Shown here: positions 1 to 11,401 of the stretch, in pieces
Position numbering within the stretch: the first letter of the stretch is position 1
Layout: each line of letters opens with the position of its first letter
Assembly: GCA_000442015.1 (NCBI GenBank)
Contig: KE561209.1
Coordinates: forward strand, 310,001 to 374,000
Reading direction: 5' to 3'
Length of the DNA: 64,000 nt
From: Rozella allomycis CSF55
Taxonomy: Eukaryota
Program-made: the position numbers and the translations under genes
Notes under the pieces: model-generated
Databases searched by the model: none
Told to the model about the DNA's origin: nothing
Seen by the model: only the letters and a program-made list of their open reading frames with translations

Positions 1-505
1 GGAGGGGTCATTTGTTTGGCGGAAAAGTAACGACTATTACTAATGAATGAAAAAATTACTTTCAACCTTTCTTTGGACCAATCTTCATAGATCAATTTTT
101 TATAAGCTCTTTGCTCTTGACCAATTTCATTAAACAATGAATGAAATCTTTTAAGAATGGCATCATGAATAGCCGTATCTTCTTGTGAATAATCAATGTC
201 AAAGCTTATTATTTTTACTCTTTTTGATTGATTATTAGCAATTCTTCCAATTAGCCAACTTTTGCCTGAAAGCGGCGGTCCCGAAATATGATGTATGGAA
301 GGAACGCATTTAATTTCATTCAACATGTAAGATTCTAATTCCAGTCTTGGAAAAGACTTTTTGAAATTAAAAGAAGAAAGAATATCAGGTGCTGTAGGCT
401 CTGTTACAATTTTGTAATGTTATTACCGCCAACGGTTTTCACAAGAAAAGAAGTTAATCCAACAGCATTGCTGGTATTTAATTTTGAAACAAAGTCTTTC
501 AGCAT
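1..505 (-). CDS. P-loop NTPase, N-terminal part (continues off the left edge); absent from the ORF track
   Basis: ATG at 505; removing 26-nt GT..AG introns 426-401 and 59-34 gives MLKDFVSKLN...HHISGPPLSGKSWLIGR..., containing a Walker A motif (GxxxxGKS). Confidence 0.7.
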
Positions 506-555
506 TATGAAATTGAATAGTTAAAGTTTATTTGAATATCAAGCCACTGAAAAAT

Positions 556-1784
556 ATGACTCAGTTTGTGGCGGATATACTAAAGGTATCAGCTGAGCAG
601 TCGTGTAATCTTTTGAGAATTAAAATACCTGAGCTGAATGGCACCAATGACAAAAATATTAGATTAGCGAGACTATTGACTAACACATGCCATTTACAGA
701 TTTGCTTTCAGACCACTGAAAGTGTCCCGTTTGGATATAGAAAGCTGGGTTATTTTTGTATTCCAGAAGAGCACGTAAAAATTATAAAGCAAACCATTCT
801 GTTTGTGTATCCAGAGGAAATTCATGAAATAAATGGTGTTGGTTTTTATAAGAAAGAAAAACATTTGGAAGTTATTGCCCCACAATACTCTAACAAGGCG
901 TCAAGCTATTCAAAAAGGTTGATACCCTCAGAAATAACCAACATTTCATGCAAAAATTGCTCGGCACCGCTATTAAAACCTGACTTTTACTCGTTGCTTG
1001 AAACTCCAAACACATATTGGCTAGAATTACTAGATTGTTGGATGTGTCATCATGACATGGAACTTTGCTTTGATAAGAATACCATATCTCCCAGAGGAAG
1101 GAAAATTTTAATAAATACCACTCATATTCTTTTGAGTGAAAATCAAATGGACAATGTAATAAAGACACAAAACAATGTAGCAGCTTGTGGTTCATGTTCT
1201 TGTCCCATTGGCCAGCGAGCCATAAGAGAAAATGATAGTATTGTTATATATTTTGACAAAAGAAATGTTATTTTAAATGTTGTAAAATACACAAGCATTT
1301 TGAAATAGAATCTTGACATTTGTAAAGAAGTTACCTTTGATTCATTTTCTATTGTATTCAACAAGATAATTGAAGAATTAGATGCGAATTCATGCTACCG
1401 TTTAATATTAGAAAGTATCGAGTCCGACAGAAAGTTGATAATTCAAGTAAGAAGTTATTCTCAAACTTATAGTTTTGGATGGTCTCCTTAAACGTGACTA
1501 GATTTATAATAAAAGACAATATCAAAGATGAGATCTCTTTTGAAAATATAAAAGACCTGTGGAATAAAGAAAATTGCTACAAGATAATGTTCAAATCCCA
1601 TGAATGTGAAAGTAATGATATCGAAGAATGGAAGAATGACGAAGCGGTTGAAATTCTTTCCTTTCCAAGAGACATGCTCTCTGAATTTTATGATAACTTG
1701 AAAATAAACATTTGCCCACACGCAGTGGCAATGGAGAAAGGGTTTCAGGTGTCATATTTAAAGCATTACGTGTGCAAACTATAG
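556..1784 (+). CDS. UBE3D / HECT_2-family ubiquitin-conjugating enzyme E2C-binding protein
   Basis: ISCKNCSAPLL...TPNTYWLELLDCWMCH plus a later CxxC; introns 1282-1308 and 1447-1472 join ORFs 532-1308 and 1479-1784; start taken at ATG 556. Confidence 0.65.
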
Positions 1785-1841
1785 TATATAAATAAAAGGG
1801 AAATTCATTGTATTGCTTCATGCTTCGTGTGGCTTGTTTTC

Positions 1842-2507
1842 ATGAAAAATAATTCAACCCAATCGGAAAAATTTGTATCTAGATATGTCGACAGCAATAA
1901 GAACATTCTTTTGCTCATTTTATCAAATCCCAATGATCTTCATTTGTCGTTTGTCAGATGTAGCGTTTTTTACGAACACAGATTATTTCAAGGGCAAGTT
2001 CTCTCGAAAGATCAATTTCAAAATATAGTAAAGAAAGTTCCAAAATATGCCGGTCATAACTTTCCTTTTTCAGTATATAAACAATGGTTCGCGTCGCAGA
2101 AGTATGAGGATTTAACTTCACTTGAAAATTCAATTGCAACTTTCTTGAAAAAGCAATCAACTGTTCAATATATAATCGCTACAGCTGAATACGATTTAGC
2201 CGCACTTAATCATGAACTATATCATGCTGTATACCATATATGCCCAAATTATAGAAAGAAGGTGGAAAAGGCTTACAACTCATTACCTCAAGGCTCATTA
2301 AATGCCGTAGAGAGGTTTATGGATGGAAAAGGATATCATAGAAATGTATTTATAGATGAATTCCAGGCTTACTTGATGTGTAACCCGATGGAGTTTAAAG
2401 CAGCTGATTCAAAGTTGATGCAAAAGATTCAGAGAGACTTAAAGATTTTCATAGATGACAATAAATTATGGCGCTGGGATTTGGCAATGGCGAATAAAAA
2501 ACAATAA
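1842..2507 (+). CDS. Hypothetical protein with zincin-like HExxH motif
   Basis: Intronless ORF; ALNHELYHAVY followed about 40 aa later by DEFQAY. Confidence 0.6.
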   Translation: MKNNSTQSEKFVSRYVDSNKNILLLILSNPNDLHLSFVRCSVFYEHRLFQGQVLSKDQFQNIVKKVPKYAGHNFPFSVYKQWFASQKYEDLTSLENSIATFLKKQSTVQYIIATAEYDLAALNHELYHAVYHICPNYRKKVEKAYNSLPQGSLNAVERFMDGKGYHRNVFIDEFQAYLMCNPMEFKAADSKLMQKIQRDLKIFIDDNKLWRWDLAMANKKQ

Positions 2508-2591
2508 ACAGAAAATGTGTATTTCAATCAGTTTTGAGGCTTAGAGATGATAAGACTAGTTCTATCACATATTCTTTTTGTAACATTCTGC

Positions 2592-3157
2592 ATGGCTATG
2601 ACTAAATTTGAGGTTTACTTGTTGTATGGTAAGAACATGGCATGAAAAACCCGAGGTGTTAAAGGTGGATTCGTTCAACCCTTATATCACCGATGCGTTT
2701 ACTTTCGATTGAGGAATGATGAGATTGAAGTTACTGAAAAATCATTGATTTCCCCAAGAAATGACCTGTTCAACAAGGTACGCATATACAGGATAAGTAA
2801 TGGTAGGTCTACAAAGTTAAGAAATCGGTCTTTGCAATGGACAAGGCCATGATAGATAAGTTTAAAGTATTATCAAATATACCAAAGAATTATGTAACTG
2901 ACAAGGATAACGCCCTTGTAGTGTCAATAGAAAATGATGGGTATGCACTTGAATGGTCTAATCTCCCAACTTATACTGGATGTAATCAAAACGAACGCAC
3001 TGATGTAAAAAATGAATTTGTTGATCAATACGATAATCTGGTGTCTTTAATTGAATCTCTGACACAAAATTCCGTTAAAGAAGAGTATGTCGAAAATGAA
3101 GAGTATCCATTTGATATTTCTATATTACATAATGAATCCGGCGAAATGGTTGAATAA
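2592..3157 (+). CDS. Small hypothetical protein, 2 introns
   Basis: ATG 2592; introns 2629-2655 and 2778-2806 give a continuous frame MAMTKFEVYLLYGVKGGFVQP... into ORF 2837-3157 (WSNLPTYTGC). Confidence 0.6.
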
Positions 3158-3179
3158 ATAAAACTCCAGCAATAATTTA

Positions 3180-3686
3180 TTATTCGCTATTTTGAAACCA
3201 AAGTTCGTGTTCATCAGCAAACCTTTGTTGATAATTTATAGTCAGCTCTTCACCACCCTTGATATCTCTTTTTGCATAAAACGCAACTGAAAGTTGGTCT
3301 TCCCAAACTTGATAATGTAAATTCGCCTCTGTCTGGTGATTAAACAATGAACCGTAACCGAGTGCTATAGCTCCTCCATCATCTGACCAACCATACATAT
3401 ATTCATATAAAAATGTCTTTTCCGCAACTTCATAATCTTTTTGTGATAATCGAATGACTGGCGAGATTTCAACCATGGACCCTTTTGGAATATCCACGTC
3501 AGTAAATACACCACGTCCTTTGCTTGGCATAAATTCAATGCGAAAGTTCTTAGAAAATGATGTTGGCTGGATAGGATACTCTGGTTTCTTTAATGCTGTG
3601 TCTAATTTATAGGGCGAACAAGTCACTATCGTTGCTACTGTCATGATACAAAACAGATAACCAATCAATTTTGTAGATATCAACAT
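3180..3686 (-). CDS. Single-domain SET lysine methyltransferase (bacterial-type / Set7-like) with predicted signal peptide
   Basis: KGRGVFT, ALGYGSLFNH, RDIKGGEELTINY SET motifs; second Met (3686) begins hydrophobic MLISTKLIGYLFCIMTVATIVTC. Confidence 0.85.
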   Translation of the reverse strand: MLISTKLIGYLFCIMTVATIVTCSPYKLDTALKKPEYPIQPTSFSKNFRIEFMPSKGRGVFTDVDIPKGSMVEISPVIRLSQKDYEVAEKTFLYEYMYGWSDDGGAIALGYGSLFNHQTEANLHYQVWEDQLSVAFYAKRDIKGGEELTINYQQRFADEHELWFQNSE

Positions 3687-4600
3687 TGTAAGTGTTACAC
3701 AGTGGGGTTTGGCATTTCCTAATTGGAACGTTTCCTTATAGAGAATTCCACATGCACAAAGACAAAGACTTGACTGTTTCCGATTGATATTTGTAATATT
3801 CAATTCCTTATTGCCAAAATACATATTATAGCAATGGAATTGGCAGATTTGTATATATAACTATTGTAGGATATGTAATATCCATGGGAAAGATGGAGTA
3901 TCACTTCTAAATCGGAAGCAGACCATATAATAGAAGCAATAACAGTATGTTGGCTGTTGCTACTTTTGTCTTGTTAATCTAATGACGTACTTGCTCGATC
4001 AGTATCTGGCGCTCGAATTCAAAATGGTTGAGCCAGTTCAATATGTTTGATCACATTTAGTTATAACAATTATCACCCATTTCAATTTTATCATTCATAA
4101 TAGTTTCGCCTTATATCAGGACCGTTCCGTTATTGTTAGGCTGATTCGTTGACTGCATTGGAGTTACACACTTGTCACATGGTCATGACTCTAAAGGCCT
4201 ACTATAATTCACCCGGTGATTCATAAAGTATGATATTATAGCGGGAATCAGTTATTTATGGGCAGTTATTGTTTTAAAAAGTCTAGAAATGGTTCTTGCG
4301 TTTTGCATGGGGTTTATGGCGGAGGTTCTGGTATCCGTAATTAAAGAAATTGCCATTTAGACGTAGGATACTTTAAATTTGAGAAAAGTAAATATTATAA
4401 GGCATAATCCTTTTATTTTGGGGGATTGACCCAAGTATTGGTAATTTCTTTCGATATTCGTGAAACATTTGTTGTTGCACTTTGGAACTCTTAAATTTCG
4501 AAATTAAACAATAACAATAACAATTTAACGAATATGGCAAGTCAATCAAGGACCACATATATATAAACAGCCTCGGGAACCCCCCCAACATCGACTTGTC

Positions 4601-5142
4601 ATGTTTGTCACTTCAATGGTAGCAACGAATGCTTTTGTAATACAATTAAATAATTGATATTAGCCTATTTTCGGCAAGTGTACCGCCTCCGTACTAGGAA
4701 GCGCAGTGGGAAGCTCCGTCGCCTTTTTAGCGTTAGGGAGCTTGGTGAAGCTCACGTACCATAAAATTGTGGCAAGTAATTTATTCTCTGCCGTAACAAA
4801 GGAAATAAAAATGAGCAGCGGGTCTTAAAAAGTAAACGCTGCGATAGCGGTGTTCAGGTCCAGGATGCTGATGTAGACGAACTCAAAGACAAATTAAATA
4901 CAGCGAAATTAGTTGAAAAGGAATGCAAAGTATTAAAGTATAAAAGTAAACACTTTGTATCAGCCATATTTTTAGACTATAAATTGAAAAAGAAAATGCG
5001 AGAGTTGATAGACAGAAATGTCTTGCTGGAAGAAACAGTTTTAAAGAACATAGAGGAACTGAAGAAATTCGGCAATCAAGTAGATTTACTCATGGAGGAA
5101 CTTTACGAACTACGGAACCCTCATGTGAGGCCTGACAGATAA
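4601..5142 (+). CDS. Hypothetical membrane-anchored coiled-coil protein, 3 short introns; absent from the ORF track
   Basis: Splicing GT..AG introns near 4637-4663, 4776-4801 and 4946-4975 yields MFVTSMV...SVLGSAVGSSVAFLALGSLVKL...DVDELKDKLNTAK...LMEELYELRNPHVRPDR*; start uncertain. Confidence 0.55.
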
Positions 5143-5511
5143 TGACTCGTTATTACTACAAATAAATTTTGTTAACTTAGGTACGTTTATGCTTTAGAAG
5201 AATTGATTACCAAACTGAATGTACATTTTTTCATCATAGGACGTATGTTCAATTTTTTCAAATAGATGTATGAAAATCCTTAGAAATCAGAATCATTGAC
5301 GTATCCAGTCTTGCTAAATTGAAAACAAGCTTATGGTAGACCACATTGGTTTCGATATTATGAACATCGGATGCCCCCTTCACCACTGTTTATTAAAAAT
5401 ATCCTCAAAGGGAACCAATGATCAAGTCTTTAGGTTTTTTCTAAGACTGGGGCAAATATCTGCGGTTTAAACGATTGATTTACTAACAGTCCTTGAACTT
5501 TCCCCCTCATG

Positions 5512-5772
5512 TTTTTAGACTATAAATTGAAGAAAACAATGCGAGAGTTGATAGACAGAAATGTCTTGCTAGAAGAAACGATTTTAAAAACATAGAGGAG
5601 CTGAAGTAATTCGGCAAAAAATCGCATGGAAAGATGGTAAATGATGATATTCAACCAAAAATACGATTTCAGGTACCGGTCAATTACAAAACAGTCCAAT
5701 GTTTCAAAATTGTGTCCTCCAACAAGTCATTTCTGTCTATCAATTCGCTTTCGTATTTCTTCTACAAATTAT
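5512..5772. pseudogene. Two degenerate copies (one direct, one inverted) of the last exon of the 4601-5142 gene
   Basis: 5512-5616 matches 4969-5076 with an indel and a stop; the reverse complement of about 5701-5772 matches the same core (ttgatagacagaaatg). Confidence 0.65.
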
Positions 5773-5889
5773 GATCTTTTGTTACCGTAATAGAGTATAA
5801 AACGGGTAAGTGTTTTCGGAAGGGACGATGACTAGGACAGGGATATTATTATGGTAAGCAATTAATTAAGAAATTAAGGAAATTTCAAA

Positions 5890-6700
5890 ATGCGTTTTAT
5901 GAATGTATCCTTTGTTTCGTAAATATATATGCATTAAATTTTGATTATCAGACTGAGTATTTTCATCCTACATTTAAATATTGGATAAATATACTTTATT
6001 ATTTGCAGATATTATTATTTATTATGATAATAAATTATAAAAAAATATATTCTCCCTTTACAAACCCGTTAAAACATTTAAATAACATTTCCGATATTCC
6101 AGATCAACCCTTGTAATTTCATGGATTCCAACCAAGGTAATAATAACCAGTGTAGCATAATAGACGTGGAAAGCCAAATAAAAGCGATCCAGAAAGCGCG
6201 ACAAGAAGGGCACCTCCGTTCCGACCAGCTAGCGTTTGGTTCAACGACGGGCGACTATGAAAAGGACCTGTATGCGCCAGGAGCACCCGAGTATNATGCC
6301 TTTTATGAATACTTCTTTTGTTTTTTAAATATATATGCATTAAATTTTGATTATTAGACTGAGTATTTTCATACTACATTTAAATATTGGATAAATATAC
6401 TTTATTATTTGCAGATATTATTATTTATTATGATAATAAATTATAAAAAAATATATTCTCCCTTTACAAACCCGTTAAAACATTTAAATAACATTTCCGA
6501 AATTCCAGATCAACCCTTGTAATTTCATGGATTCCAACCAAGGTAATAATAACCAGTGTAGCATAATAGACGTGGAAAGCCAAATAAAAGCGATCCAGAA
6601 AGCGCGACAAGAGGGGCGCCTCCGTTCCGACCAGCTAGCGTTTGGTTCAACGACGGGCGACTATGAAAAGGACCTGTATGCTCCAGGAGCACCCGAGTAT
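5890..6700. repeat. About 405-bp direct duplication across contig join n6295 (SF3B1 promoter and 5' end); probably uncollapsed alleles
   Basis: 5890-6294 vs 6296-6700 nearly identical with scattered SNPs (e.g. EGHLR vs EGRLR). Confidence 0.85.
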
Positions 6701-9700
6701 TCTCGCGAGATTGTAGAAGAGGAGTCTGATAAGAGAAGGCTAGTTGGCGAGTATGGCATGTCTCGGGAGATTGAGCAGGAGGTGTTGGCAGCGATGCCTG
6801 ACAATGACATGTTTTTGAAGGAAAAGGCTAGTGTTGATAAGAGCGAGTATCATAAGAGGAGGCTGAATCGCGTGTTGTCGCCTGAGAGACGTGATCCGTT
6901 TAATAAGAATGACAAGGGGAGGGGATTTAAGGATGCGATGATGGAGCAGGAGGTTGACAAGGAGGAGATTGAGATTTATAAGATGATTGAGGAGAAGAAG
7001 AAGGAGAGTTTGGAGGTTGAGAGTGTGAGAGTTGAGGTTGAGGAGCCTGTTGTTAAGAAGAGGAGATGGGATCAAACGCCCACGCCCAAGAGTAGTGAGT
7101 GGGATAAGGAAGAGGCTAGTGTGTCGAAGAGCCGATGGGACCAGACGCCAGTGTCTATGGATTCAGGCGCAACGCCTAGTAGAAGGAATCGATGGGATGA
7201 GACGCCTGTAGTGAGTTCTGGGAATGCTACTAGTGATAGGAAGAGCAAGAGCAGATGGGATGAGACGCCTGTTTATCAAGGAGGGATGGCGACGCCGCTT
7301 GGAAATGCACAGCCAATGATGACGCCGATGGCAGGCGATGTTTCAGTGTTTGATGCAAGGAACCGACCAATGTCTGATGAAGAGTTGGATGCTATATTGC
7401 CTAGTAAAGGGTATGCTATTTTGGAAGCGCCGTCTTCGTATGTTCCTATTAGAACGCCCGCGAGAAAGTTGATGGCGACACCTTCACCGATGGATGTATC
7501 AGGGTTTATGATGGGAACGCCGCAGATGAATGTTGTTGGGGATATGGGACAAGGACAGCCAAGTGATCCGTCGTTGCCGTTTGTGAAAGCAGAAGATTAT
7601 CAGCATTTTAGTAAATTACTGGAAGGAGGAAAGGAAGAAGAATTGAGTGTTGAAGAGATTAAAGAGAGAAAGATTATGAGATTGTTGTTGAAGATAAAGA
7701 ATGGATTGCCAGCACAAAGAAAGTCAGCGTTGAGACAGTTGACGATGAATGCGAGAGAGTTTGGTGCTGGGCCTTTGTTTAATCAAATATTGCCATTGTT
7801 GATGTCGCCAACGTTGGATGATCAAGAGAGACATATGTTGGTTAAAGTGATTGATAGGGTGTTGTACAAGTTGGATGATTTGGTTAGACCATATGTTCAT
7901 AAGATATTAGTTGTGATTGAGCCATTGTTGATTGATGAAGATTATTATGCTAGAGTTGAAGGAAGAGAAATTATATCAAATTTATCTAAAGCAGCTGGAC
8001 TAGCGACAATGATAGCGTCTATGAGGCCAGATATTGATCATCAAGATGAGTATGTGAGAAACACAACAGCTAGAGCGTTTTCAGTTGTAGGATCAGCGTT
8101 GGGTATTCCATCATTGTTACCATTTTTGAAGGCTGTTTGTAAGAGTAAGAAATCATGGCAAGCAAGACACACTGGAATTAAGATTGTGCAACAAATAGCG
8201 ATATTGATGGGATGTGCAGTGTTGCCACATTTGACGAGTCTGGTAGAAACTATAGCAGAAGGATTGAAGGATGAGCAGCAAAAGGTGAAGACGATTACTG
8301 GATTGGCATTGGCAGCGTTAGCAGAAGCATCGTCGCCTTATGGGATTGAATCATTTAGTATTGTGTTGGAGCCACTTTGGAAGGGGATTAGACAGCAGAG
8401 AGGAAAAGTGTTGGCGTCGTTTTTAAAAGCTATTGGATGTATAATACCATTGATGGATTCAGAATATGCGAATTATTATGTGAAAGAAGTGATGGAAGTG
8501 TTGAGAAGAGAATTCCAAACGCCTGATGAAGAGATGAAGAAGATTGTGTTGAAAGTTATTAAACAGTGTGTGTCTACAGAGGGGGTGACTAGTGGATTTA
8601 TTAAGAGTGAAATATTGCCAGATTATTTCAAGTATTTTTGGGTTAGAAGAATGGCGTTGGATAAGAGAAACTATAAGGCAGTTGTTGAGACTACTGTTGA
8701 GTTGGCAAAGCAAGTTGGAGGGTTGGAGATTGTTAAGAGGATTGTTGAAGATTTGAAGGATGAGAGTGAAGTGTTTAGAAGGATGGTGATGGATAGTATG
8801 AATCAAATAATAAAGAACATTGGAAGTTTAGATTTTGATGATAGATTAATTCAATTGATGATTGATGGATGTTTATTTGCGTTTCAAGAACAAACAGAAG
8901 ATTCTTTTGTTGTTATGAATTGTTTTGGGACTGTTGTGCAATCGTTGGGGATTAGATCTAAACCATTTTTGAATACAATTTGTTCTACTATTTTATGGAG
9001 ATTGAATAATAAATCAGCCAAAGTTAGACAACAAGCAGCAGATTTAGTTAAACAAATTTCACCAGTTATGAATATCTGTAATGAAGAGAAATTGTTAACA
9101 CATTTGAGTCTAGTTCTTTATGAATCTTTGGGTGAAGAATATCCAGAAGTTTTGGGTTCAATTTTAGGTTCATTAAAGTCAATTGTTAATGTTATTGGAA
9201 TGAATGAAATGAAACCTCCAATTAAAGATTTATTACCAAGATTAACACCCATTTTAAGAAATAGACATGAAAAAGTACAAGAGAATTGCATTGATTTGGT
9301 TGGTAGAATTGCTGATAGAGCTTCTGATCAAGTTTCTGCTAGAGAATGGATGAGAATTTGTTTTGAATTGTTAGAAATGGTTAAATCTCAAAAGAAATCT
9401 ATTAGAAGATCAGCTGTTAACACTTTTGGTTTCATTTCTAAAGCTATTGGCCCACAAGATGTTCTAGCTACTCTCTTAAACAATTTAAAAGTCCAAGAAA
9501 GAAATATGAGAATTTGTACTACAATTGCTATTGCCATTGTTGCTGAAAATTGTGGTCCATTCACTGTTCTTCCTGCTTTGATGAATGAATACAGAGTCCC
9601 TGAAGCAAATGTTCAAAATGGTGTTTTAAAAGCTTTATCTTTTCTATTTGAATACATTGGAGAAATTGCTAGAGATTACATTTACTCTGTCACTCCAATG

Positions 9701-10099
9701 CTAGAAGATGCTTTAATGGACAGAGACCTTGTGCACAGACAAATCGCTTCTTCCACAATCAAACATTTATCGCTGGGTGTTTACGGTGCTGGCTGTGAAG
9801 ATGTTTTAACTCATCTCCTAAACTTTATCTGGCCAAACGTTCTAGAAACATCTGCACACATGATGCAGGCGGTTATTGATGCTGTCGACGGTTTAAGAGT
9901 TTCAATTGGTCCTGGGCCCATCTTCTTTTATCTCGTTCAAGGCCTCTTCCATCCTGCTAGAAGAGTAAGAGAAATTTATTGGAAAATTTATAACAATCTC
10001 TACATTGGACATCAAGATGCTCTGGTTGCGTATTACACTCGCGTTGAAGATGATGACGAGAATTTGTATGCTAGATGTGAATTGGATCTTTTAATCTAA
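6527..10099 (+). CDS. SF3B1: Splicing factor 3B subunit 1 (SAP155/Hsh155/Prp10), intronless, 1190 aa
   Basis: RWDETP/RWDQTP ULM repeats, [19 protein letters not shown] repeats with [46 protein letters not shown]. Confidence 0.98.
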   Translation: MDSNQGNNNQCSIIDVESQIKAIQKARQEGRLRSDQLAFGSTTGDYEKDLYAPGAPEYSREIVEEESDKRRLVGEYGMSREIEQEVLAAMPDNDMFLKEKASVDKSEYHKRRLNRVLSPERRDPFNKNDKGRGFKDAMMEQEVDKEEIEIYKMIEEKKKESLEVESVRVEVEEPVVKKRRWDQTPTPKSSEWDKEEASVSKSRWDQTPVSMDSGATPSRRNRWDETPVVSSGNATSDRKSKSRWDETPVYQGGMATPLGNAQPMMTPMAGDVSVFDARNRPMSDEELDAILPSKGYAILEAPSSYVPIRTPARKLMATPSPMDVSGFMMGTPQMNVVGDMGQGQPSDPSLPFVKAEDYQHFSKLLEGGKEEELSVEEIKERKIMRLLLKIKNGLPAQRKSALRQLTMNAREFGAGPLFNQILPLLMSPTLDDQERHMLVKVIDRVLYKLDDLVRPYVHKILVVIEPLLIDEDYYARVEGREIISNLSKAAGLATMIASMRPDIDHQDEYVRNTTARAFSVVGSALGIPSLLPFLKAVCKSKKSWQARHTGIKIVQQIAILMGCAVLPHLTSLVETIAEGLKDEQQKVKTITGLALAALAEASSPYGIESFSIVLEPLWKGIRQQRGKVLASFLKAIGCIIPLMDSEYANYYVKEVMEVLRREFQTPDEEMKKIVLKVIKQCVSTEGVTSGFIKSEILPDYFKYFWVRRMALDKRNYKAVVETTVELAKQVGGLEIVKRIVEDLKDESEVFRRMVMDSMNQIIKNIGSLDFDDRLIQLMIDGCLFAFQEQTEDSFVVMNCFGTVVQSLGIRSKPFLNTICSTILWRLNNKSAKVRQQAADLVKQISPVMNICNEEKLLTHLSLVLYESLGEEYPEVLGSILGSLKSIVNVIGMNEMKPPIKDLLPRLTPILRNRHEKVQENCIDLVGRIADRASDQVSAREWMRICFELLEMVKSQKKSIRRSAVNTFGFISKAIGPQDVLATLLNNLKVQERNMRICTTIAIAIVAENCGPFTVLPALMNEYRVPEANVQNGVLKALSFLFEYIGEIARDYIYSVTPMLEDALMDRDLVHRQIASSTIKHLSLGVYGAGCEDVLTHLLNFIWPNVLETSAHMMQAVIDAVDGLRVSIGPGPIFFYLVQGLFHPARRVREIYWKIYNNLYIGHQDALVAYYTRVEDDDENLYARCELDLLI

Positions 10100-10606
10100 G
10101 AGTTAATAAACATTATTTGCTAATTCTATTTTTAATTAGTTAAAAGTAGTTTAATTTTAGGAATGAGCCATGAGTATCTGTGCGAATTTGAGCATGATAT
10201 GATTGGAAGTAACTGAGTCTGCAATATCGCNATTGGTAAAAAAAGAAAACAGTTGTTGTGTGAAGAAATTTATTGTGAATATAAACTCCCCGCCCGATTT
10301 AACGAGCACTGCGACTTATCACATTCATTGACTCCGCCGCAAAATTAAAATTACAGCCAACAGTCGATAATATACTCAAATAATAAACCATNAAATTATA
10401 TTTTCAAATTCTATTTTTGATTAGTTTAAAGATGTTTAATACAAGAGCGTAGGAATGAGTTCTTTTAATTGAATATTGAACGTTTCATATATGTCATTCA
10501 TAAACTGGATTCAGTAAGGAGCACTGACTCTAGGTCATTCGAAATGAAAACTAAAGCTTCCACATATGTAGAGTTCATCAAATTTTCAAAATCTATTTTT
10601 AATCAG

Positions 10607-11014
10607 TAGGGCTCCGCAACAAACACAAATACTAGGGTTAACAAATGTTTGTAGAACAACTACCATTGGTATTTGTTTGTTTTGTGAGTTTGTCAAATAG
10701 TTTGACAAATACTTTCGATTTTGCGTTAAGGGGAAACTACAAGTGACGACATGGAAAATCAACCGGCTGACAACATTTCCGCCGCCACTGCAACCGGCTA
10801 ACATCTCCCAAGGGGACACCACATCTATTGCGAAAGAGTGCAAGCTAGTAAGACGGCACTGTGTCTGACAGTCGCGAAAAATGCACAGAATGAGTTTTGT
10901 GTTCACGCAAGATTCTTTTGCTGAACAGATCGTCGAATTTGTGCTTAGTAATTTGCCATGATTGAATCCAACGAGTTCAACGTGCTAGACAGCTAGTCCA
11001 TCTTGACATTTGAT
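10607..11014 (+). mobile_element. hAT DNA transposon fragment (left end plus decayed transposase piece)
   Basis: Starts with TAGGGCTCCGCAAC as at 15108; shares subterminal sequence with 14837-14960; 10890-11014 matches 15860-15980 and 16390-16500. Confidence 0.7.
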
Positions 11015-11015
11015 C

Positions 11016-11400
11016 ACTTGTCATACCTGACGAAATAAGGGTAATACGGACATTAATGTCCTAATAAGGGTCCTAATATACCACCAGTTGTCATTAAGAT
11101 AATTATGACCTGCATCCAGTGAGTACATAGAGTCTAAAATTCCACTAAACCTACACATAGATCATAATCATGGATATTGACGATAACATCGAAGTCATAA
11201 CCCCAATAACGATAATATTAGGTTCTATTAGTGATAAACAACATAGAATTCATACTCATTGATGGTGACTCAAGCTGGATCTCTTAGGATCTCTTAAGTA
11301 CTATTAATAGAATAAAACCGAGATAAAGGGCTCGGAGATATTATAAATAGACATACGGAAGATCCGTTCTCATACGATTTACGTTTTATTCTTAACTAAG
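11016..11400 (+). mobile_element. Possible LTR-like repeat, truncated at contig join
   Basis: Begins TGTCATACCTGAC exactly where hAT similarity stops; the same 13-mer and short shared motifs occur from 20563; TATAAATAG near 11342. Confidence 0.35.
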
Positions 11401-11401
11401 N

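Noticed and set aside
4670-4870. GC-richer island suspected to be a structured ncRNA
   Set aside because: Better explained as coding exons of the spliced 4601-5142 gene; no snRNA, RNase P or SRP motif recognised.
6121-6357. Second, truncated SF3B1 paralog
   Set aside because: Ends exactly at contig join n6295 and duplicates the next contig start; best explained as an assembly overlap or allele.
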